64,000 nucleotides of DNA. It comes from Rhizodiscina lignyota. Lineage: Eukaryota. Of this stretch, positions 24,655 to 37,053 are shown in pieces. The stretch lies in NCBI GenBank assembly GCA_010015805.1, contig ML978136.1, forward strand, positions 186,001 to 250,000. The letters run 5' to 3'. The position numbers were made by a program, and so were the translations under genes. Within the stretch, counting starts at the first letter, position 1. Every line of letters begins with the position of its first letter. Below the pieces are notes generated by a model. That model was given only the letters and a program-made list of their open reading frames with translations, made no database searches and was not told the DNA's origin.

Positions 24655-26773
24655 GAAATGTCAGGTCTGAAATGACTGCTGAACGGAAGAAAGATAGAAT
24701 TATCAACGGGTGCTTTGTGAAAGAATGAATGGTAACCAGTACCAATAAAGAAAGACTGAAGTTAATAGCAGCGAATGAAGAAAGACACCAGACTTGTGAG
24801 TTCGAATATGAGAAGCTCAGAGGTAGAGATCAGAGGACTTTATAGCCAAGAACAGCTGAGCGAATAATCTCTTCGGTATTTCAAAGCTCAGACTTGCCTG
24901 TTCTGAACTTCTTCGTCCGCACCGCCAATTGACGCTGGTGGCACGCGGATGTGGCAAGAATAAGTCTAGTCCGGTAAGCATTTTGCTACTCCGTAGTCCA
25001 GACTGAGCACCGCTACCCTTGTGTGGCTCGAGGAGGCGGTATATTTAGGGTGCTTGACCGATTAAGCGACAAAAAGCAGTACGAGCTGTGTTTGCTGCAC
25101 CAGAATATCCCGCGCTAAGCTTTCGCCGTGGTGTTGATGGCTTCTCGTCATTAACACGGATGGAAACAAATGACTTTCCATTGGCAGATCTTGGTAGTTG
25201 TGACAAGAGGCGGCTATTTCAAAACGTCAAACATGGTCCTCAATATTGAGCGATTATTATCCAGTGACTTTGTATGTGTTTCGGTGATGAAACAGCCAAG
25301 ACCAGAAACAAGAGCGAATTTTGATCCCCTATTGAGTGAGCGTCCGGAGAGAGAATGAGACAACGCGTCCTTAATTGGCGAGATTGAGGGATGTACCAAA
25401 TGTTTCCTACCGGACATTCCTATGACGATGTGTTTGAAGCTACGGGGTGTAAGCTAGATGTGTCGCACCGCCGAGAGAGCTGGACAGTCTCGCATCATCC
25501 GTATTCCCTCACCCTCAGCTGCGATAGATCATGCGCTTGCCAAATGCTTCGAGGGACCTTGATGTCTCATGAATCATGGTGCGTCCATGGTGAGGCTCAG
25601 GAGATGGTGGAGTGATGGCAAAGACGAAGAGTTGAGGCCAACCTGGGGTGGGGGAAGAGTACAATCACACTAGCTGAGATGGGTTAGCGAGCTTCAGTCC
25701 ACGATATCGTATTGCAGCCCCCAAATGCCCTCGGCGTTACTCTCTGATCTCTATATCATTATTCTTTACTTTAGTATCTTAAATCTTGGGGAGACAAGCT
25801 TGTAATTGAAACAACTTGCATGATAGTGTGTACCCACTCAAAGTACGTTGAGAAAGCGTGGAGTATCGTGTAGAATTAAATGCCATCCCCTGCCACCTCG
25901 CTTGGTGAGCTTATTGTAGTGAAGTTACTAAAGCTTCTGACATCTCAGTCTCCCAGTGACTGCAATAGGTAGGCTCTAGAGTAGCTGCAAGGGAACATAA
26001 CATTCATAGACATACGGAGTGCTCGCGAAGCTGAGCGTCCACCTTGCAGCTTGCCATAATGGCCACATGAGAAGAGTTCGAGGGGAGGAAAGGGAGACGG
26101 CTAGAATAGCATAACTCTGCGACTAGCATGGTCTGCATTGAAGAAATTGACATTGAAAAATGACGCATCTCTACTTGCGCTGAAGAGAGTAAAGCGGCCG
26201 AATCGTGAACCTGTGTGCGGACTCTTGTTGAAGACCGTGCTGAAGCTGAGACAGCGCGACTCAAGGTGTCGTTTGCGCAGTGCGCTTCACTGAACACTCC
26301 TTAAGACAACGTGCCTCCACGCAAAGTAGGGGCCAAATGAAGAAGCTGAACTGGCGAATTCAACATCCCTTCAACCGTGGAGGCAGCCTCTTTGAGGACT
26401 TGTCGTTGAAGCCCGAAAATTTCAAAAGCCGGTGCAAGCCTTCAAGGTATGTTCCTATCGTAACTGGCATATACACAGTAAGGAACTTCTTGATACGTAT
26501 CGATCCTAAGTGGTAACTGCGAAATAACTTCCAAGAAATTTGGCATTCGGTGGATTTCCTGAAAAGGTAGTGTTGATCCGCGGGCAAACTTCGGTTGGAA
26601 CGTCACTTCAGACGAGACGAAGTGAATGTTTCAGTGTCTGTCCATTCCTTGCTGCCTCACTACGTCGCAAATATCTCTAGATGCATCAGCTTGATCTCCT
26701 TAGTTGATACACTGTCTCAGTGCGTTTACCTACAACTGATCTCGCTCTGATCGTGCCATAATGCCCTTCCGAC

Positions 26774-27574
26774 ATGTCCCTCAAGCGTCGAGCAAACACT
26801 ACGGGGCCACGGGATGACTTGGGTTCTGAACAGCTCTACATCTCATCATCAATCGAAGACCGTTCATCTACCTTCATAGCCCACTTCTCTCCCTCGGTTC
26901 CGGCAAAGAGGCTGCAAGCGCATCCTGAATTCAAGTCCGCGAGCCATAGGATCGCAGCATGGCGCACGCCATCTAAACAGCTGTCGCTACGGCCAGAAAG
27001 ATTGTTTGATACCGGGTATGATGACGATGGAGAGAGCTGGGCGGGCAAGAGATTGGAGAAAGTACTGGACGAGATGAAAGTTGAAGGCGCAGTAGTCGTG
27101 GCTCGGTGGTACGGAGGTATATTGCTGGGACCGGTCAGGTTCAATCACATTGAGAATTGCGCCAGGGAGGCTATTAAAAAATATCTGGATGAGAATCGAA
27201 GTTCTGCCCGAAATGATGGCCCGATTGTGAAAAGGGCAAAGGTGGTTGAAGATGTACGGACTAAGGAAGTGCTGGTGCAAACACTCAACGAACGCGACGA
27301 GAGTATACAAGTGCTTCGCGGTCTGCTGAAGGAAAAGCAGAATGCTGCTCAGAAGCTGGAACCTTCGGGTCAAGAACAATCGACTCAGAGCTCACCGGCC
27401 AAGCCATCGTATGAAAAGATGGCAAGCGAGCAATTACTCAAACTGGAGAAGGCACGCGACGCGACGATTGGCTTTCTGCTCAAGCAAATAGATACAGCTG
27501 AGGGAGAGTTATCACGAGGCAAACCTTCTTCACCATCTGCTGCGAAGGTTGTTGATTCATCTGGCGATGGGTGA
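26774..27574 (+). CDS. IMPACT family protein (UPF0029/Impact_N domain without an RWD domain; coiled-coil C-terminus)
   Basis: IEDRSSTFIAH, ASHRIAAWR, DDDGE..AG..L, VVVARWYGGILLGP.RF.HI. Confidence 0.9.
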   Translation: MSLKRRANTTGPRDDLGSEQLYISSSIEDRSSTFIAHFSPSVPAKRLQAHPEFKSASHRIAAWRTPSKQLSLRPERLFDTGYDDDGESWAGKRLEKVLDEMKVEGAVVVARWYGGILLGPVRFNHIENCAREAIKKYLDENRSSARNDGPIVKRAKVVEDVRTKEVLVQTLNERDESIQVLRGLLKEKQNAAQKLEPSGQEQSTQSSPAKPSYEKMASEQLLKLEKARDATIGFLLKQIDTAEGELSRGKPSSPSAAKVVDSSGDG

Positions 27575-27965
27575 TCGCGGACTTGGCTTGGCTCCCACAA
27601 CCGGTTCCCTCGACGAAACATTCATCAGCGTAACAATGCCGGCTCGAAGCGTGTAGCCGTCTAGAAGCGCACAAAGCCGGTTGAGAGTCCGTAAATGAAG
27701 GACCTGTGATAGCAGGCGCCAACGCCGAGCGAATGATTTGATTGGTTCCTCCATCTGGCTACTACTCCAAGTCAACACTTCACTCTACGTTGAAGAGCGA
27801 ATTAGGAAGTCATGCGCTTTGCTCTTCAACGCTAGGAGAAAGTTAATTTCCCGTGCATTAGCGCGCGCTTCAGTTCAATTCCCCTGGGTATATAAACTCT
27901 CTTTTCTTCCCTCAACTTTCTGCTTCTTTTCTTCCACCTTTTCCCCTCACTACATCCGCCACTCT

Positions 27966-28010
27966 CACTCTTCAACCATTCACTCTTCAACCACTCACTC
28001 TTCAACCAAC
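27966..28010 (+). repeat. 15-bp tandem repeat (cactcttcaaccay) x3 in the 5' leader of the DPBB gene, downstream of a TATA box at about 27889
   Basis: cactcttcaaccatt-cactcttcaaccact-cactcttcaaccaac. Confidence 0.8.
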
Positions 28011-28030
28011 CATTCACTCAATCAGTCAAG

Positions 28031-28547
28031 ATGATGGTCATCAACCTCATCAATCTCGCTGCTATGAGCGGCCTTGTCCATGGCGCCGTTCTTGCTAAGC
28101 CCCTCGCCGTCGACATGGAGGCTCGCAACGTTACTGTCGCGGACAAGTAAGTACAAACATTCATGGCTTCACCAACTCTCGATATTACACTCAACCAGCG
28201 CCGAGATGGCCAACACCATCTGTGGCCAGGCCTCCTGGTACGAAGTGGGCCTTGGCAGCTGTGGCGTGACCAACACCGACAACGACTGGGTCGTCGCTCT
28301 TCCGGCAAACGAGCGCACCTGCGGTCGCAAGGTCAAGATCTATCAGCCTGGCACTCAAATCGTCCACCACGCCACTGTCGTTGATACCTGCCCAGGCTGC
28401 ACTGGTGTTCGCAGTAAGTCATTGTTCCAGGCATCATCATTGTCATGCGTCTAATAACGAACAGAGATCGACCTCTCTCCTGTTGTCTTCAAGCAGTTCG
28501 AGCCCTTGAACAACGGCATCTTCAACATGTGCTGGGCTTATATCTAA
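28031..28547 (+). CDS. Small secreted RlpA-like double-psi beta-barrel protein (expansin/loosenin-like); exons 28031-28146, 28199-28413, 28465-28547
   Basis: Signal peptide; GQASWY..GLGSCG.TN.D.D.VVAL, CGRKV.I, ATVVDTCPGC, IDLSP.VF..F.PL..G, final W. Confidence 0.92.
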
Positions 28548-29983
28548 GCACTTCACTCGCTCGCGGTCTCACGAATGCGACAATATGCCAAACATTTTCC
28601 GACACACTCAGATGAGGGCAGCATCCGAAGTTGGAGAGTTGCAGGAGACTATTGCAGAGTTTACATCAGGTGACGACGGACTTGCATGAACGTGCATGAG
28701 ATATGGGATGCTTTCGGACGGCATCACTCAGCCTAAAAGGCTTTTCACGATACATACGTAGCTGAGCTACCTATTTGCTCTGGATTGCACAAACCCATAA
28801 AATACAAACTCTTTTCACTCTCCTCATCCTCTTGATCTTTCCTTGCCCAAATGTGATATGCAACTCAAAGCCCTGCCGCGGAGTAAAGTGCGCCACAACG
28901 GCTGCAGAACTAGTCCACCGCCATCTCCACCTAACCCGAAGATCTTTAATGGCAATTTCGCCGTTCACTCCATCTATGGGAGTTCTTCTGCCTATTTTCG
29001 AAACTATTTACGTCCCAGAAGAGGCCATTTCCCGTACAGCCACAGGAGAGGCTGTCGGGCTCTCCACGCGGTTAGAAACCAACGACAACATCCGGAAAAT
29101 ATATATGAAATTTGAGCGATCGTCGCAAGGTTGCGCCCAGGTCTACAGAAGCGAGCTGAGGTCAGAAGAAATTACTGCTTTTTCGCTCTGGAACTGCGGG
29201 AGATCGTCCGGTCCGCCGCTGAGACTTGTCACCTTCCGACTCCAGCATAAACGGTCTCAGCTGGTGCCGCAGGAAAAAGGATATAAAAGCAGCTTCAGCT
29301 CGCTCCAGAGTCCAGAGACGGCGAGAACCCCTCAGTCTCCTCATAGAGTGAACTTCATTTAGCGTTTTCCGACAGGAGGGCGTTCGGGTCCTTCTTCATG
29401 CCAACCCCTGCGGCAACCCCAGACCGCTCATAGTCCCGGCACGCCGGCCTGTCTGGCCACTTCAGCTGTTTCTGAAGTTGGCATGCGGAAGACCGATCAT
29501 GAGCAGTTGTGGTTAGATGTCGTGCGCGCGCGAGAGGGCGTATTAGGCTACAACCGCTTACGCTGTTGAAGTGCTTCGAGGCCCAAGAAAAACCGGGGAT
29601 CAACATTACATTGCTTACAGTTCAAGGCCAGCCAGTCACAGCCCATCGCAGCCTCCATCGGCCGATTCAATATAAGGCTGTTTACCTGGTATTTCACCGC
29701 TCGCTTTTTCCGCAAATTCCATTTTCCTCTAATTTCCCATTCTCGAGTGTGATAGTATGCCAGAGCAGGACTCGGCGGCTCATTTTTCTGTCCAATTCCA
29801 CTGGCATGTGACAGTGACGAGAGGACAGCCCCCTGCATCAGTCGTTCTTGAAGGATTCGTTTAACGGTCTGTTCGGCAGGAAGCCTCGCACTTTCATCAT
29901 TCCAACCGCCCTTGTCGACTTTAAATCCATATCTCTCAGACAATCCCATTTCGTTTTCTCTCCTTCCTCTTCTTCCCGTCGTC

Positions 29984-31039
29984 ATGACTTCACACAGCGA
30001 CGTCGCGATCTTCACATCTCTACGTTACGATCCACAATGCGCGCAAGTCGAGCCTGAAAATGGGCCCTTCTACATGCTGCATCTCCACCGAGATCGTCTG
30101 GTGGAATCTGCGAGATATTTTGGCTTCGAATCAGCCATAGACCGATTTGAGGGGAAGGATGGGCTGGATTGGCTGAAGGAGAGCTTGGAAGGCAAGGTGA
30201 AAGAGTGGAAGAGGCAGAGTGAGAGTGGCGGGGGCGATAATGGGCCTCTAAAGGTTAGCCATCCATTCGCGTGAGGAAATTGCGTCTTAAGAACCTGTGG
30301 CTGAGAGGAGCAATGGTATCAGATCCGCGCCATTTTCACATCAACAGGTTATATGACCGCAGAAATCTCATCCGTTCCTTCCGTCTCAAAAGAGGCTCTA
30401 TACCCATCCACTCTGCTGCCGCCACCCCCAGCCTCAGAGCTGCCTTCTATAAAGCCATTCAAACCTTCTGCAGCTACAGGCGGCGCCTTACACACCACAT
30501 CAAGCTCCAATCCCTCGCAACCAACATGGCATATTACGCTCGATACACAGCCAACCACCTCTGGGCCGTACAACACGTTCAAGACGCTGAACCGAAAGGC
30601 CTATGAGGAAGCTCGAGAACGCGTCCTCCCCACAGCACGGAAAGAGTACCAACAGTATGCAAATCACGAAGTACTCATGTACGACGAGAATGGGAGCGCG
30701 AGTGAGACGTCTCTTTGCAGCGTCTACTTCTGGCGCGGCGGCAAGTGGGTGACGCCGCCAGTCACGCATCTCCCGTACGATGTTAAAAAGTCTGGAAATG
30801 GGCACCATGGACCCGGCGCGGGGCAAGAGGGGGATAAGAAGATGTTTCGGTGGGGCCAGAGGGGAACCACTAGACGATATGCGCTTGCAGAAGGATTGTG
30901 CAAGGAGGAAGACGTGAAGACAAAAGACTTGAAGCCAGGCGAGGTATGTTGGATCAGCAACGGCGTTAGGGGGTTTGCAATGGCTGTTTTGGGTGAGGGA
31001 GGAGGTCTAGCGGCAGGCAATAATACAGGCAAGGAATGA
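29984..31039 (+). CDS. Aminotransferase class IV / 4-amino-4-deoxychorismate lyase (Abz2-like); intron 30254-30322
   Basis: IFTSLRYDP, FYML.LHRDRL..SA.YF, FKT..R..Y..AR, EVL...E.G...E.S..SVYFWRGG.WVTP, GTTRR.AL, SNGVRGF. Confidence 0.88.
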
Positions 31040-31273
31040 CTTGGCACTTTCCATTTCCATTTCATTTTTGGTGTTGGCGTTTTACTCTGCTCTGCGTCTG
31101 CTCTAGCGTCTCGTGTCATCCTTGCGCGTAATTCCAGGATGTTCCAGGAACCCACTGATGACTCCGCCAAACCGTTCCGAGGCAATTTTGACGTCGTGAG
31201 CTGCAGGTACCGTCGTAATGATCAATAACTGCCTAGCGCGCTCTTCCGGTGGCATTGGCGCTTTACCACATCT

Positions 31274-31891
31274 CTAGCCGTCACTCTGCGCGCTCTCCAG
31301 ATACTCCAGAAACCCCTTCGTGAATCTGCCCATTTGCTCAAAGGCAATATCAAATCCATTATCAGCGCCGTAATACGGATCGATCACTTCCTCGCCCCTG
31401 CCTCTCTTATCTTTCCTCCCAAAATCTCCAAAAAGACACAGCTTTGCAAGACCCTCCTCACCCTTCCCCTCCTTCTCCATGAGTTTCGTCGCGCGCTGCC
31501 GCACGCGCTGCAGATCCAGGATGTTGTCGGAGTCCATGCCCATCACCCAGTCGAATTCGATGAAGTCCTCCGGCCGGACCTTGCGCGCGACATGAACATA
31601 GTCAGTGATTGCATTCTTTTGAAGAATGGCCTGAGTCCGAGGATCTGGATAAGAGCCGGCGTGATATGCGCCGGTACCACAGGAGTCGGTCTTTGATATC
31701 AGCGGGTTGGAAGCGGTCATATGCGCGAAGACTGCTTCTGCCATTGGAGAACGGCCTATTAAAGGTTTAATGACTGGGTGAGGTGAAAGTTAGAGGATAA
31801 GAGATACCGTACAGTAATTGCCTAGACAGACGAAGAGAACGGAGACTGGTTTGGTGGAAGACGGGATTGGATTTTCGCCTGAAGAACCCAT
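31274..31891 (-). CDS. LTP1: Low-molecular-weight protein tyrosine phosphatase; exons 31813-31891, 31274-31755
   Basis: Spliced P-loop VLFVCLGNYCRSPMAE (CX5R), DSCGTGAYH.G..PD.R, FD....MD, DPYYG. Confidence 0.93.
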
Positions 31892-32519
31892 AATTGTGAC
31901 GGTTGTGTAGATGTCTTTTCTACTGACGATATATATTGAATGATAGCCTGTGAACTAGCTGATCTCGACCAATTTGAAACTTTCGATAAATGGATTTCAA
32001 GGGAATATCATTTTCGGGCGAGGCAATGACTTCACACCGGAGATAACGCAAGCCTCAAACTAAGGCCGCAAGGACTTGAATGCTCAATGGTGACGGTCTG
32101 TGGATGGTGAAGAGGTTGAATGAGGAAATTTGTATTTAAGGAAAGAGAAAACACACTTGAAAAGACTGTTTTCGAGAGAATTCGCGCCAGCTGAGTGTCG
32201 CTCATCCTCAGCGACTGCCATCGAAGCTCACCGATCCGCACTAAACCGGATTAGGACACAGCACTTTTCGCCGCCCTCTTTGACTCCCAAGCCTTCAAGG
32301 TTGGGCTGTGCCTGATATAAATCATCATTGCCTCGCTCAACAACTGACAAACTTACCCATCACTCTACAAACACTCACCAACTCGCCAAGCTCACCTTCC
32401 CCGTCCCACTCATACATAAAACCACACCCTTCGCCGACCGCCGACCGCCTTCCGTTTCAGCCTCACTGTCAACCTCTTACATACCTCACGCGAGCTTCGG
32501 CCAATCCATACAAGTCAAC

Positions 32520-33105
32520 ATGTCCGACGACTGGGACACCGTCACCAAGATTGGTAGCAAGGTCCGCACCGGTGGCGGCAATACATCGAAGGAGAAGGTC
32601 ATCCGTGGCGAGTCAGCGCTGAATGCTGCTCGCCGAAGTGGAGCAGACGTGGCAACGGAGAAGAAGTATGGCGGAACAAACAGCGTGAGTTCACTCTGGC
32701 CTTCTTCTTCTTCTTCTTCTTCCTGCTAGGACCATTCAATACTAGCGAAATCCTGATGAACCTCAACTTACACGCTTTCCATCACAGCGCGGCGGCACGG
32801 AAGGCCAGCACCTCACAAAAGTCGATCGCTCTGACGACATCGTCAAGCCAAAGACCATAGGCACAGCCGTCGGCGATGCGATCAAGAAGGCTCGTGCGGA
32901 TGCAAAGAACGACAAGGGCAACCCGATGACGCAGAAAGACCTCGCTACCAAGATCAACCAAACACCCACCATCGTGGCAGACTTTGAGCGTGGCTCGGCG
33001 CCACCCAACGAGAAGATCTTGATCGATATGGAGAAGGTGCTCAAGGTTCATCTGAGGGGCAAGAACATTGGCGAGCCAAAGGTGTTTGGGAAGAAGAAGG
33101 CTTAA
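32520..33105 (+). CDS. MBF1: Multiprotein-bridging factor 1; exons 32520-32684, 32788-33105
   Basis: [56 protein letters not shown]-terminus V.LRG.NIG.P. Confidence 0.97.
32701..32721. repeat. (CTT)7 microsatellite in the MBF1 intron
   Basis: cttcttcttcttcttcttctt. Confidence 0.9.
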
Positions 33106-34019
33106 GCGGCGGGAGGCCGCGGAGGATCGAGTTTGGTAGAACGGTTCAGGCTTTAAAAGGCGAATTGAATTGACTGGAGCTACTATAGTGGCTGTCAGAT
33201 TGACGACAATAACTATGGATGATTTAAAGCGCACAGCGACATGAAAATCAATCGAGATTTGTGGGTTCATTCCTGCTTTCGTCATCTTGTTCCACCCATG
33301 ATATGCACAGGTGAACGACATCTTCTAGCTATGCTATCGAAGCACGAAATACCAGTCACAATGTCGTGGCTACGAACATGTGAATCTCATCTCGTTCACT
33401 GACATTGCGAAGCTGTACTGGGCCGACTCCCATCTAACAGAAGCATGCGACCAGCTAATAGATGTCTCTCCCCACTACAAGTCACCATTGGATATAACAA
33501 ATTCTGTAGTCCTTTAGAGAGTCAATTGATGCTTAGAGGCTTAGAGGCACAACAGAATATGAAAGCAGCTAACATGCGAATAACAGAAACGGCGAAATCA
33601 GGCAAAGGAAACATTCTATTAATTCCAATACAAAGAACTACAGTGACCCACGAAACAACGAGAAAGACTCCAGAAACAAGAACAGGAAAATTGCAGAAAA
33701 TAGTGTGAATCAACAATCTCCCAACGCCAAACGGCGTACGCGTTTGCAATGCCCAAAGTCTGTTATTGCCGGGCTGCTTGTTTGGCATGATTGACTTACC
33801 TCAGATGCCAAATCCTATCACAGTGTATGAGTGTATCGATACTTTGGGATCCGAACCCCTCAGCCTCGCTGTTACAGTCTGCCCGATACGTTTCCACTCA
33901 TATGTTTCTTTCTTCTGCGCTTCATCAGTTAATGTTACAGTTCAGCAGCCTGCTTGAGGAATTGTTTCGTGAGCATATCAGTACTTCTTGAGCGTTTTGC
34001 GTTCTGGATCTTATCTGGG

Positions 34020-34440
34020 TTCTACTATGCCTTTGACTTGCTGAGCTTCTTCGGCACTTTAAGAAAGCAGCTGGAGAATGACCCTGAGTCATTCGCAGTG
34101 GTAACGTCATATGTTGAGCAGGCAGCTAAGTACTTGACCACTCGATGAGGTCTTCACTTAACCCTATCTTCCAGACTTGTGTGCCATTTGAATGCTCCTT
34201 CGAGCTCCAGCTGCATGACAGGTATCCATGATAAAGAGGACGTGCAAGTCGCACATTTGAAGGATGGTTTTGAAAAGGATCCTTGGGGAGAAGCCTTGCG
34301 CAACGCCTCCACTGGCGTCCTCCGGTGGTCCAGAGAAAGTCCTCACGGCCGTAACCGCCATGTCCAAGGTAATAGAGAATGAACAGATCATCTTCGCACT
34401 TACCATGGATAGAAGCCATCTTACAAAAGTGGTCGAAAAA
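34020..34440 (-). pseudogene. Decayed caspase-like (peptidase C14-type) protease gene fragment
   Basis: Three collinear motif blocks lie in three different frames: DDLFILYYLGHGG (His 34360-34362), VLFIMDTCHAAGA (Cys 34218-34220) and VKYLAACS...T....SFSSCFLK. Frameshifts and stops lie between them. Confidence 0.7.
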
Positions 34441-35457
34441 CCAGTTTGAAGTTAATCTGCAGATTATTTCAAGACAGTTTAGCTAGAATAGAGAAAAAGG
34501 ATATCGGCGATTACTTCGTACTCTCGCAAGCACAGGGTTGCCTCGATATCTCAGCTCTCCGTGCTCGCGTGCCTTGCCTCAGTTTGAGACAGCTAATTAG
34601 TCAGTGGTTACACTGAAATTGAAGGTGCTCATCTTTTGAGAGTGAAAACGAGACAAATGTCGAGGTTCAACAACAATGGCGTTAGAATACGTTGAAGAGG
34701 ACGTCGGAACGCCGACAATCGCCCCCTATATGATATTGTAAGCCAAAGCCAATCATAATTGCCAGCGCGCGCCCAGTTTGGAGCTTCGGGTCAGGAACGT
34801 TATTTCTCCAGCTTCCGGCCTTAGGTTCGGCGAGTTTCTGCAATCAGACCAACATTGTGGGCGAGGGATATGCGGACACATCGTCTCTTACGATGGCCAG
34901 AGTCATCCCGTACATACCACGAATCATACGTCTTGGGGATCGTTTCCGCCGTCGCCGGAGATCCACTACGTGTCGAAGCGTTTGGGAAAAGAGGCCTGCA
35001 GCTCGAGTATCACCTTCCATGATTTCAGCGTGTCACCTTATCCTCTCTGGTGTCTAATGCACATGCGGGGATCGGCGCGTTTCTTCCCTGTCTCGGAGTC
35101 TCGGTACCTTCACTGGTTGCATGATGCGAACATGAGAGCTTTACCCCTCGAGGCTAATGGCGAATGCTGTCTTCCTTAGTCCCCGGCGCCTCTCGCATCT
35201 ACCAGAGCATACAAACTCGTTCTAGAGCCAAAAGGCCCACTTGACAACGCGACAAGCGCCGCGGACCGCGTGGGCGCTCGCGGCAGTTTGACCATGGACC
35301 GTGGCGGCGGGTACCCGGGAGGTTGGGAGAAATACGAAACCAGTTGCGTTAGTTAGGCATGCTATTGATGTAATCCCGTTCTTTTCCTTTTCCTCTTGCA
35401 ACAGAAAACCTCTCTTTCGAGTCAGGTATCTTATCTTGCAGTATTTCTTCGTTGAAA

Positions 35458-36929
35458 ATGGGGTCAATACCGGAAGAGATGGAAGTAGCCGTCTCCCTTG
35501 AGACAATTGCAAAGCAGATACAAGACCTGACAAAGAATGTCTCTACATATCTACAAAACAATGGCCATCCACAGCCGTCATTATCAGTCAATGGGCCGGC
35601 CGACTTCCCTCGGGATTCTCCAGAGGTCGCCGAAGCTCGGGGCAAACTGATAGAGCAAACACAGCTTCTACGAGACCTTCTTATGGGTCCGAGTGACTAC
35701 ATCCGGCACATTACAAACTCAGTGAGCCTTTGTTTTCTCGATATTCAGTATGTCAAACAAAAGTCTCGCTGATAACCTGCATAGTATGTAGACGTAGCCT
35801 GTATCCACTGGATAACGCACTTCAACATCGCGAAGCATGTGCCTCTTGACCAACCCATCTCCTATGCCGACCTTGCAAGTGCCGCAAATGTCCCACTCTC
35901 TCAACTCCGCCAGGTACTCCGCTATGCCAGTACCATCCATCTGTTCACCGAGCCCACTCCGGGCCACGTTGCACACACGTCCGTGTCACGGCTTCTGCGC
36001 GATTCGCCGCCAGTGATCGACTACGTCGGCCACTGCGTCGAGTTCAGTGCCACCATTGTTGCCAAGATGGTAGAGGCCACAGAGAAGTTCCAAGGCAGCC
36101 AGGAGCCGAATGAGACGGCCTTCAACCTTGCGTTCGACACGCCACTGCCGATGTTTGGATGGATGGGACAGCATCCGGAGGTAGCTCAACGGTTCAAGCG
36201 GCTCATGGTCGGCATGACGAAGAGCGAGAAGTATAGTCCGCGGTATTTGGGAGAGTGCTATGATTGGTCGGCGCTGGAGAGTGGGAAGGTCGTTGATGTG
36301 GGTGCCGTCCGCTCTCAATATGTGAAGTGATAATACAGCACCCTTTGCTAACTTGCAGGACAATTTAGATCGGCGGTTCTTCCGGCCACTGCAGTATTGT
36401 GATCGCCAAGCAGGCACCGAAACTCAAGCTCATCGTGCAGGATCTCCCCCATGTCGTCGCTGCGAACAAGGACTCCTTACCAGAGGAACTTCGGCAGCAA
36501 ATCTCCTTCATGCCGCATGACTTCTTCGCGCCGCAACCAGTAGAAGACGCAGATGTGTACCTCTTTAGCCAAATCTTCCACGACTGGAGTGACAAGTACT
36601 GCGTCAAGATCCTGCAGAATGTCATCCCAGTGATGAAAAAAGGCGCCAAGATCGTAATACGAGATCAGGTCGTTCCTCCTCCTGGAAGTCTTGAAAAATG
36701 GGTGGAGAAGGAGATGCGCATGGTCGACATCTTTATGATGACAAACTTCAACGCCAAAGAGCGCGAGCTGAGCGACTGGGAGAAGCTATTTGCAGAAGCA
36801 GATCCAAGGCTGAGAATCGCTAAAATGGTGAAGCCGCCGACAAGCGTGTTCACAATTATGGAGATCGAGTTGCGGGAGGATGGGAATAGCGCTGCATTGG
36901 CGACGAACGGCGTAAATGGTTCACATTAG
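35458..36929 (+). CDS. Fungal O-methyltransferase (Methyltransf_2, sterigmatocystin OMT-like); exons 35458-35721, 35785-36297, 36369-36929
   Basis: N-terminal dimerisation/wHTH region (LF.EP.PG.VAHT..S), ETAFN.AF, VVDIGGSSGH, IVQDLP, HDFF.PQPV..ADVY, IFHDWSD, NAKER. Confidence 0.93.
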
Positions 36930-37053
36930 CCTGCTGGAGCGTGCGAGATGCATATGTGCTTGCAAAGGGACGCGATGATTAGACTCACTTTCAGCGCTCA
37001 ATGCATAGCTATCGGCTATGGCGGATGCTGTCATATTTAACATCTATCACATA

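Noticed and set aside
26004..26587. Possible decayed gene upstream of the IMPACT gene
   Set aside because: Short frames with many stops and no motif I can assign.
27960..28022. CRISPR-like repeat array
   Set aside because: Contiguous 15-bp tandem repeats without spacers, in a eukaryotic 5' leader.
28775..29811. 195-aa and neighbouring ORFs
   Set aside because: Non-ATG or weak starts, no recognisable domain and no supportable splice model.
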